Of a stretch of 64,000 bases of DNA, positions 1 to 11,297 are shown piece after piece. Where the stretch lies: positions 15,624,001 to 15,688,000 of the forward strand of contig OZ024742.1 in the NCBI GenBank assembly GCA_964016885.1. The letters are read 5' to 3'. Below the pieces are notes generated by a model that searched no databases, was not told where the DNA came from, and saw nothing but the letters and a program-made list of their open reading frames with translations. Both the position numbers and the translations under genes were made by a program. This DNA comes from Eledone cirrhosa (lineage: Eukaryota). Each line of letters starts with the position of its first letter. The first letter of the stretch is position 1.

Positions 1-893
1 GTGCGATTATTAAAGAACCACAGAGTAAAGTGTGATTATTAAAGAACCTCAGAGTAAAGTGTGATTATTAAAGAACCTCAGAGTAAAGTGTGATTATTAA
101 AGAACCTCAGAGTTAAGTGTGATTATTAAAGAAACTCAGGGTAAAGTGTGATTATTAAAGTACCACAGAGAAATGTGAGATTATTAAAGAACCACAGAGT
201 AAAGTGTGATTATTAAAGAAACTCAGAGTAAAGTGTGATTATTAAAGAACCATACAGAAATGTGAGATTATTAAAGAACCTCAGAGTAAAGTGTGATTAT
301 TAAAGAACCTCAGAGTAATGTGTGATTATTAAAGAACCTCAGGGTAAAGTGTGATTATTAAAGAACCACAGAGTAAAGTGTGATTATTAAAGAACCTCAG
401 AGTAAAGTGTGATTATTAAAGAACCTCAGAGTAAAGAGTGATTATTAAAGAACCACTGAGAAATGTGTGATTATTAAAGAACCTCAGAGGAAAAGTGTGA
501 TTATTAAAGAACCTCAGAGTAAAGTGTGATTATTAAAGAACCCCAGAGTAAAGTGTGATTATTAAGGAACCTCAGAGTAAAGTGTGATTATTAAAGAACC
601 ACAGAGTAAAGTGTGATTATTAAAGAACCTCAGAGTAAAGTGTGATTATTAAAGAACCTCAGAGTAAAGTGTGATTATTAAAGAACCACAGAGAAATGTG
701 TGATTATTAAAGAACCACAGAGTAAAGTGTGATTATTAAAGAACCCCAGAGTAAAGTGTTGATTATTAAAGAACCTCAGAGTAAACTGTTGATTATTAAA
801 GAACCTCAGAGTAAAGTGTGATTATTAAAGAACCTCAGAGTAAAGTGTGATTATTAAAGAACCACAGAGTAAAGTGTGATTATTAAAGAACCT

Positions 894-3800
894 CAGAGTA
901 AAGTGTGATTATTAAAGAACCACAGAGAAATGTGTGATTATTAAAGAACCACAGAGTAAAGTGTGATTATTAAAGAACCTCAGAGTAATGTGTGATTATT
1001 AAAGAACCTCAGAGTAAAGTGTGATGATTAAAGAACCACACAGAAATGTGTGATTATTAAAGAGCCACAGAGAAATGTGTGATTATTAAAGAACCACAGA
1101 GTAAAGTGTGATTATTAAAGAACCACAGAGAAATGTGTGATTATTAAAGAACCAGTGTCATGTGCGATTATTAAAGAACCACAGAGTAAAGTGTGATTAT
1201 TAAAGAACCTCAGAGTAAAGTGTGATTATTAAAGAACCTCAGAGTAAAGTGTGATTATTAAAGAACCACAGAGTAATGTGAGATTATTAAAGAACCACAG
1301 AGTAAAGTGTGATTATTAAAGAACCTCAGAGCAAAGTGTGATTATTAAAGAACCACTGAGAAATGTGTGATTATTAAAGAACCACAGAGTAAAGTGTGAT
1401 TATTAAAGAACCTCAGAGTTAAGTGTGATTATTAAAGAAACTGAGGGTAAAGTGTGATTATTAAAGTACCACAGAGTACAGTGTAATTATTAAAGAACCT
1501 CAGTGTCATGTGTGATTATTAAAGAACCTCAGAGTAAAGTGTGATTATTAAAGAACCACAGAGTAAAGTGTTATTATTAAAGAACCCCAGAGTAAAGTGT
1601 TGATTATTAAAGAACCTCAGAGTAAACTGTTGATTATTAAAGAACCTCAGAGTAAAGTGTGATTATTAAAGAACCTCAGAGTAAAGTGTGATTATTAAAG
1701 AACCACAGAGTAAAGTGTGATTATTAAAGAACCTCAGAGTAAAGTGTGATTATTAAAGAACCTCAGAGTAAAGTGTGATTATTAAAGAACCACAGAGTAA
1801 AGTGTGATTATTAAAGAACCTCAGAGTAATGTGTGATTATTAAAGAACCTCAGAGTAAAGTGTGATAATTAAAGAACCACAGAGAAATGTGTGATTATTA
1901 AAGAACCACAGAGTAAAGTGTGATTATTAAAGAACATCAGAGTAAAGTGTGATTATTAAAGAACCTCAGAGTAAAGTGTGATTATTAAAGAACCAGTGTC
2001 ATGTGCGATTATTAAAGAACCACAGAGTAAAGTGTGATTATTAAAGAACCTCAGAGTAAAGTGTGATTATTAAAGAACCTCAGAGTAAAGTGTGATTATT
2101 AAAGAACCAGTGTCATGTGCGATTATTAAAGAACCACAGAGTAAAGTGTGATTATTAAAGAACCTCAGAGTAAAGTGTGATTATTAAAGAACCTCAGAGT
2201 AAAGTGTGATTATTAAAGAACCTCAGAGTTAAGTGTGATTATTAAAGAAACTCAGGGTAAAGTGTGATTATTAAAGTACCACAGAGAAATGTGAGATTAT
2301 TAAAGAACCACAGAGTAAAGTGTGATTATTAAAGAAACTCAGAGTAAAGTGTGATTATTAAAGAACCATACAGAAATGTGAGATTATTAAAGAACCTCAG
2401 AGTAAAGTGTGATTATTAAAGAACCTCAGAGTAATGTGTGATTATTAAAGAACCTCAGGGTAAAGTGTGATTATTAAAGAACCACAGAGTAAAGTGTGAT
2501 TATTAAAGAACCTCAGAGTAAAGTGTGATTATTAAAGAACCTCAGAGTAAAGAGAGATTATTAAAGAACCACTGAGAAATGTGTGATTATTAAAGAACCT
2601 CAGAGGAAAAGTGTGATTATTAAAGAACCTCAGAGTAAAGTGTGATTATTAAAGAACCCCAGAGTAAAGTGTGATTATTAAGGAACCTCAGAGTAAAGTG
2701 TGATTATTAAAGAACCACAGAGTAAAGTGTGATTATTAAAGAACCTCAGAGTAAAGTGTGATTATTAAAGAACCTCAGAGTAAAGTGTGATTATTAAAGA
2801 ACCACAGAGAAATGTGTGATTATTAAAGAACCACAGAGTAAAGTGTGATTATTAAAGAACCCCAGAGTAAAGTGTTGATTATTAAAGAACCTCAGAGTAA
2901 ACTGTTGATTATTAAAGAACCTCAGAGTAAAGTGTGATTATTAAAGAACCTCAGAGTAAAGTGTGATTATTAAAGAACCACAGAGTAAAGTGTGATTATT
3001 AAAGAACCTCAGAGTAAAGTGTGATTATTAAAGAACCACAGAGAAATGTGTGATTATTAAAGAACCACAGAGTAAAGTGTGATTATTAAAGAACCTCAGA
3101 GTAATGTGTGATTATTAAAGAACCTCAGAGTAAAGTGTGATAATTAAAGAACCACACAGAAATGTGTGATTATTAAAGAGCCACAGAGAAATGTGTGATT
3201 ATTAAAGAACCACAGAGTAAAGTGTGATTATTAAAGAACCACAGAGAAATGTGTGATTATTTAAGAACCACAGAGTAAAGTGTGATTATTAAAGAACCTC
3301 AGAGTAAAGTGTGATTATTAAAGAACCTCAGAGTAAAGTGTGATTATTAAAGAACCTCAGAGTAAAGTGTGATTATTAAAGAACCACAGAGTAAAGTGTG
3401 ATTATTAAAGAACCTCAGAGTAAAGTGTGATTATTAAAGAACCACAGAGAAATGTGTGATTATTAAAGAACCACAGAGTAAAGTGTGATTATTAAAGAAC
3501 CTCAGAGTAATGTGTGATTATTAAAGAACCTCAGAGTAAAGTGTGATAATTAAAGAACCACACAGAAATGTGTGATTATTAAAGAGCCACAGAGAAATGT
3601 GTGATTATTAAAGAACCACAGAGTAAAGTGTGATTATTAAAGAACCACAGAGAAATGTGTGATTATTAAAGAACCAGTGTCATGTGCGATTATTAAAGAA
3701 CCACAGAGTAAAGTGTGATTATTAAAGAACCTCAGAGTAAAGTGTGATTATTAAAGAACCTCAGAGTAAAGTGTGATTATTAAAGAACCACAGAGTAATG

Positions 3801-6800
3801 TGAGATTATTAAAGAACCACAGAGTAAAGTGTGATTATTAAAGAACCTCAGAGCAAAGTGTGATTATTAAAGAACCACTGAGAAATGTGTGATTATTAAA
3901 GAACCACAGAGTAAAGTGTGATTATTAAAGAACCTCAGAGTTAAGTGTGATTATTAAAGAAACTGAGGGTAAAGTGTGATTATTAAAGTACCACAGAGTA
4001 CAGTGTAATTATTAAAGAACCTCAGTGTCATGTGTGATTATTAAAGAACCTCAGAGTAAAGTGTGATTATTAAAGAACCACAGAGTAAAGTGTTATTATT
4101 AAAGAACCCCAGAGTAAAGTGTTGATTATTAAAGAACCTCAGAGTAAACTGTTGATTATTAAAGAACCTCAGAGTAAAGTGTGATTATTAAAGAACCTCA
4201 GAGTAAAGTGTGATTATTAAAGAACCACAGAGTAAAGTGTGATTATTAAAGAACCTCAGAGTAAAGTGTGATTATTAAAGAACCTCAGAGTAAAGTGTGA
4301 TTATTAAAGAACCACAGAGTAAAGTGTGATTATTAAAGAACCTCAGAGTAATGTGTGATTATTAAAGAACCTCAGAGTAAAGTGTGATAATTAAAGAACC
4401 ACAGAGAAATGTGTGATTATTAAAGAACCACAGAGTAAAGTGTGATTATTAAAGAACATCAGAGTAAAGTGTGATTATTAAAGAACCTCAGAGTAAAGTG
4501 TGATTATTAAAGAACCTGTGTCATGTGCGATTATTAAAGAACCACAGAGTAAAGTGTGATTATTAAAGAACCTCAGAGTAAAGTGTGATTATTAAAGAAC
4601 CTCAGAGTAAAGTGTGATTATTAAAGAACCAGTGTCATGTGCGATTATTAAAGAACCACAGAGTAAAGTGTGATTATTAAAGAACCTCAGAGTAAAGTGT
4701 GATTATTAAAGAACCTCAGAGTAAAGTGTGATTATTAAAGAACCTCAGAGTTAAGTGTGATTATTAAAGAAACTCAGGGTAAAGTGTGATTATTAAAGTA
4801 CCACAGAGAAATGTGAGATTATTAAAGAACCACAGAGTAAAGTGTGATTATTAAAGAAACTCAGAGTAAAGTGTGATTATTAAAGAACCATACAGAAATG
4901 TGAGATTATTAAAGAACCTCAGAGTAAAGTGTGATTATTAAAGAACCTCAGAGTAATGTGTGATTATTAAAGAACCTCAGGGTAAAGTGTGATTATTAAA
5001 GAACCACAGAGTAAAGTGTGATTATTAAAGAACCTCAGAGTAAAGTGTGATTATTAAAGAACCTCAGAGTAAAGAGAGATTATTAAAGAACCACTGAGAA
5101 ATGTGTGATTATTAAAGAACCTCAGAGGAAAAGTGTGATTATTAAAGAACCTCAGAGTAAAGTGTGATTATTAAAGAACCCCAGAGTAAAGTGTGATTAT
5201 TAAGGAACCTCAGAGTAAAGTGTGATTATTAAAGAACCACAGAGTAAAGTGTGATTATTAAAGAACCTCAGAGTAAAGTGTGATTATTAAAGAACCTCAG
5301 AGTAAAGTGTGATTATTAAAGAACCACAGAGAAATGTGTGATTATTAAAGAACCACAGAGTAAAGTGTGATTATTAAAGAACCCCAGAGTAAAGTGTTGA
5401 TTATTAAAGAACCTCAGAGTAAACTGTTGATTATTAAAGAACCTCAGAGTAAAGTGTGATTATTAAAGAACCTCAGAGTAAAGTGTGATTATTAAAGAAC
5501 CACAGAGTAAAGTGTGATTATTAAAGAACCTCAGAGTAAAGTGTGATTATTAAAGAACCACAGAGAAATGTGTGATTATTAAAGAACCACAGAGTAAAGT
5601 GTGATTATTAAAGAACCTCAGAGTAATGTGTGATTATTAAAGAACCTCAGAGTAAAGTGTGATAATTAAAGAACCACACAGAAATGTGTGATTATTAAAG
5701 AGCCACAGAGAAATGTGTGATTATTAAAGAACCACAGAGTAAAGTGTGATTATTAAAGAACCACAGAGAAATGTGTGATTATTAAAGAACCACAGAGTAA
5801 AGTGTGATTATTAAAGAACCTCAGAGTAAAGTGTGATTATTAAAGAACCTCAGAGTAAAGTGTTGATCATTAAAGAACCTCAGAGTAAAGTGTGATTATT
5901 AAAGAACCTCAGAGTAAAGTGTGATTATTAAAGAACCACAGAGAAATGTGTGATTATTAAAGAACCACAGAGTAAAGTGTGATTATTAAAGAACATCAGA
6001 GTAAAGTGTGATTGTTAAAGAACCTCAGAGTAAAGTGTGATTATTAAAGAACCAGTGTCATGTGCGATTATTAAAGAACCACAGAGTAAAGTGTGATTAT
6101 TAAAGAACCACAGAGAAATGTGTGATTATTAAAGAACCACAGAGTAAAGTGTGATTATTAAAGAACCTCAGAGTAATGTGTGATTATTAAAGAACCTCAG
6201 AGTAAAGTGTGATGATTAAAGAACCACACAGAAATGTGTGATTATTAAAGAGCCACAGAGAAATGTGTGATTATTAAAGAACCACAGAGTAAAGTGTGAT
6301 TATTAAAGAACCACAGAGAAATGTGTGATTATTAAAGAACCAGTGTCATGTGCGATTATTAAAGAACCACAGAGTAAAGTGTGATTATTAAAGAACCTCA
6401 GAGTAAAGTGTGATTATTAAAGAACCTCAGAGTAAAGTGTGATTATTAAAGAACCACAGAGTAATGTGAGATTATTAAAGAACCACAGAGTAAAGTGTGA
6501 TTATTAAAGAACCTCAGAGCAAAGTGTGATTATTAAAGAACCACTGAGAAATGTGTGATTATTAAAGAACCACAGAGTAAAGTGTGATTATTAAAGAACC
6601 TCAGAGTTAAGTGTGATTATTAAAGAAACTGAGGGTAAAGTGTGATTATTAAAGTACCACAGAGTACAGTGTAATTATTAAAGAACCTCAGTGTCATGTG
6701 TGATTATTAAAGAACCTCAGAGTAAAGTGTGATTATTAAAGAACCACAGAGTAAAGTGTTATTATTAAAGAACCCCAGAGTAAAGTGTTGATTATTAAAG

Positions 6801-9800
6801 AACCTCAGAGTAAACTGTTGATTATTAAAGAACCTCAGAGTAAAGTGTGATTATTAAAGAACCTCAGAGTAAAGTGTGATTATTAAAGAACCACAGAGTA
6901 AAGTGTGATTATTAAAGAACCTCAGAGTAAAGTGTGATTATTAAAGAACCTCAGAGTAAAGTGTGATTATTAAAGAACCACAGAGTAAAGTGTGATTATT
7001 AAAGAACCTCAGAGTAATGTGTGATTATTAAAGAACCTCAGAGTAAAGTGTGATAATTAAAGAACCACAGAGAAATGTGTGATTATTAAAGAACCACAGA
7101 GTAAAGTGTGATTATTAAAGAACATCAGAGTAAAGTGTGATTATTAAAGAACCTCAGAGTAAAGTGTGATTATTAAAGAACCAGTGTCATGTGCGATTAT
7201 TAAAGAACCACAGAGTAAAGTGTGATTATTAAAGAACCTCAGAGTAAAGTGTGATTATTAAAGAACCTCAGAGTAAAGTGTGATTATTAAAGAACCAGTG
7301 TCATGTGCGATTATTAAAGAACCACAGTGTAAAGTGTGATTATTAAAGAACCTCAGAGTAAAGTGTGATTATTAAAGAACCTCAGAGTAAAGTGTGATTA
7401 TTAAAGAACCTCAGAGTTAAGTGTGATTATTAAAGAAACTCAGGGTAAAGTGTGATTATTAAAGTACCACAGAGAAATGTGAGATTATTAAAGAACCACA
7501 GAGTAAAGTGTGATTATTAAAGAAACTCAGAGTAAAGTGTGATTATTAAAGAACCATACAGAAATGTGAGATTATTAAAGAACCTCAGAGTAAAGTGTGA
7601 TTATTAAAGAACCTCAGAGTAATGTGTGATTATTAAAGAACCTCAGGGTAAAGTGTGATTATTAAAGAACCACAGAGTAAAGTGTGATTATTAAAGAACC
7701 TCAGAGTAAAGTGTGATTATTAAAGAACCTCAGAGTAAAGAGAGATTATTAAAGAACCACTGAGAAATGTGTGATTATTAAAGAACCTCAGAGGAAAAGT
7801 GTGATTATTAAAGAACCTCAGAGTAAAGTGTGATTATTAAAGAACCCCAGAGTAAAGTGTGATTATTAAGGAACCTCAGAGTAAAGTGTGATTATTAAAG
7901 AACCACAGAGTAAAGTGTGATTATTAAAGAACCTCAGAGTAAAGTGTGATTATTAAAGAACCTCAGAGTAAAGTGTGATTATTAAAGAACCACAGAGAAA
8001 TGTGTGATTATTAAAGAACCACAGAGTAAAGTGTGATTATTAAAGAACCCCAGAGTAAAGTGTTGATTATTAAAGAACCTCAGAGTAAACTGTTGATTAT
8101 TAAAGAACCTCAGAGTAAAGTGTGATTATTAAAGAACCTCAGAGTAAAGTGTGATTATTAAAGAACCACAGAGTAAAGTGTGATTATTAAAGAACCTCAG
8201 AGTAAAGTGTGATTATTAAAGAACCACAGAGAAATGTGTGATTATTAAAGAACCACAGAGTAAAGTGTGATTATTAAAGAACCTCAGAGTAATGTGTGAT
8301 TATTAAAGAACCTCAGAGTAAAGTGTGATAATTAAAGAACCACACAGAAATGTGTGATTATTAAAGAGCCACAGAGAAATGTGTGATTATTAAAGAACCA
8401 CAGAGTAAAGTGTGATTATTAAAGAACCACAGAGAAATGTGTGATTATTAAAGAACCACAGAGTAAAGTGTGATTATTAAAGAACCTCAGAGTAAAGTGT
8501 GATTATTAAAGAACCTCAGAGTAAAGTGTGATTATTAAAGAACCTCAGAGTAAAGTGTGATTATTAAAGAACCACAGAGTAAAGTGTGATTATTAAAGAA
8601 CCTCAGAGTAAAGTGTGATTATTAAAGAACCACAGAGAAATGTGTGATTATTAAAGAACCACAGAGTAAAGTGTGATTATTAAAGAACCTCAGAGTAATG
8701 TGTAATTATTAAAGAACCTCAGAGTAAAGTGTGATAATTAAAGAACCACACAGAAATGTGTGATTATTAAAGAGCCACAGAGAAATGTGTGATTATTAAA
8801 GAACCACAGAGTAAAGTGTGATTATTAAAGAACCACAGAGAAATGTGTGATTATTAAAGAACCAGTGTCATGTGCGATTATTAAAGAACCACAGAGTAAA
8901 GTGTGATTATTAAAGAACCTCAGAGTAAAGTGTGATTATTAAAGAACCTCAGAGTAAAGTGTGATTATTAAAGAACCACAGAGTAATGTGAGATTATTAA
9001 AGAACCACAGAGTAAAGTGTGATTATTAAAGAACCTCAGAGCAAAGTGTGATTATTAAAGAACCACTGAGAAATGTGTGATTATTAAAGAACCACAGAGT
9101 AAAGTGTGATTATTAAAGAACCTCAGAGTTAAGTGTGATTATTAAAGAAACTGAGGGTAAAGTGTGATTATTAAAGTACCACAGAGTACAGTGTAATTAT
9201 TAAAGAACCTCAGTGTCATGTGTGATTATTAAAGAACCTCAGAGTAAAGTGTGATTATTAAAGAACCACAGAGTAAAGTGTTATTATTAAAGAACCCCAG
9301 AGTAAAGTGTTGATTATTAAAGAACCTCAGAGTAAACTGTTGATTATTAAAGAACCTCAGAGTAAAGTGTGATTATTAAAGAACCTCAGAGTAAAGTGTG
9401 ATTATTAAAGAACCACAGAGTAAAGTGTGATTATTAAAGAACCTCAGAGTAAAGTGTGATTATTAAAGAACCTCAGAGTAAAGTGTGATTATTAAAGAAC
9501 CACAGAGTAAAGTGTGATTATTAAAGAACCTCAGAGTAATGTGTGATTATTAAAGAACCTCAGAGTAAAGTGTGATAATTAAAGAACCACAGAGAAATGT
9601 GTGATTATTAAAGAACCACAGAGTAAAGTGTGATTATTAAAGAACATCAGAGTAAAGTGTGATTATTAAAGAACCTCAGAGTAAAGTGTGATTATTAAAG
9701 AACCTGTGTCATGTGCGATTATTAAAGAACCACAGAGTAAAGTGTGATTATTAAAGAACCTCAGAGTAAAGTGTGATTATTAAAGAACCTCAGAGTAAAG

Positions 9801-11297
9801 TGTGATTATTAAAGAACCAGTGTCATGTGCGATTATTAAAGAACCACAGAGTAAAGTGTGATTATTAAAGAACCTCAGAGTAAAGTGTGATTATTAAAGA
9901 ACCTCAGAGTAAAGTGTGATTATTAAAGAACCTCAGAGTTAAGTGTGATTATTAAAGAAACTCAGGGTAAAGTGTGATTATTAAAGTACCACAGAGAAAT
10001 GTGAGATTATTAAAGAACCACAGAGTAAAGTGTGATTATTAAAGAAACTCAGAGTAAAGTGTGATTATTAAAGAACCATACAGAAATGTGAGATTATTAA
10101 AGAACCTCAGAGTAAAGTGTGATTATTAAAGAACCTCAGAGTAATGTGTGATTATTAAAGAACCTCAGGGTAAAGTGTGATTATTAAAGAACCACAGAGT
10201 AAAGTGTGATTATTAAAGAACCTCAGAGTAAAGTGTGATTATTAAAGAACCTCAGAGTAAAGAGAGATTATTAAAGAACCACTGAGAAATGTGTGATTAT
10301 TAAAGAACCTCAGAGGAAAAGTGTGATTATTAAAGAACCTCAGAGTAAAGTGTGATTATTAAAGAACCCCAGAGTAAAGTGTGATTATTAAGGAACCTCA
10401 GAGTAAAGTGTGATTATTAAAGAACCACAGAGTAAAGTGTGATTATTAAAGAACCTCAGAGTAAAGTGTGATTATTAAAGAACCTCAGAGTAAAGTGTGA
10501 TTATTAAAGAACCACAGAGAAATGTGTGATTATTAAAGAACCACAGAGTAAAGTGTGATTATTAAAGAACCCCAGAGTAAAGTGTTGATTATTAAAGAAC
10601 CTCAGAGTAAACTGTTGATTATTAAAGAACCTCAGAGTAAAGTGTGATTATTAAAGAACCTCAGAGTAAAGTGTGATTATTAAAGAACCACAGAGTAAAG
10701 TGTGATTATTAAAGAACCTCAGAGTAAAGTGTGATTATTAAAGAACCACAGAGAAATGTGTGATTATTAAAGAACCACAGAGTAAAGTGTGATTATTAAA
10801 GAACCTCAGAGTAATGTGTGATTATTAAAGAACCTCAGAGTAAAGTGTGATAATTAAAGAACCACACAGAAATGTGTGATTATTAAAGAGCCACAGAGAA
10901 ATGTGTGATTATTAAAGAACCACAGAGTAAAGTGTGATTATTAAAGAACCACAGAGAAATGTGTGATTATTAAAGAACCACAGAGTAAAGTGTGATTATT
11001 AAAGAACCTCAGAGTAAAGTGTGATTATTAAAGAACCTCAGAGTAAAGTGTTGATCATTAAAGAACCTCAGAGTAAAGTGTGATTATTAAAGAACCTCAG
11101 AGTAAAGTGTGATTATTAAAGAACCACAGAGAAATGTGTGATTATTAAAGAACCACAGAGTAAAGTGTGATTATTAAAGAACATCAGAGTAAAGTGTGAT
11201 TATTAAAGAACCTCAGAGTAAAGTGTGATTATTAAAGAACCAGTGTCATGTGCGATTATTAAAGAACCACAGAGTAAAGTGTGATTATTAAAGAACC
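894..11297 (+). repeat. Tandem duplication with 5,188-bp period (~894-6109 vs ~6082-11297)
   Basis: Rare markers share the same offset: gtgatgatta 1021/6209; agaacctgtg 4511/9699; tgttgatcat 5861/11049; gaaactcagg 2247/7435 and 4769/9957. Confidence 0.93.
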
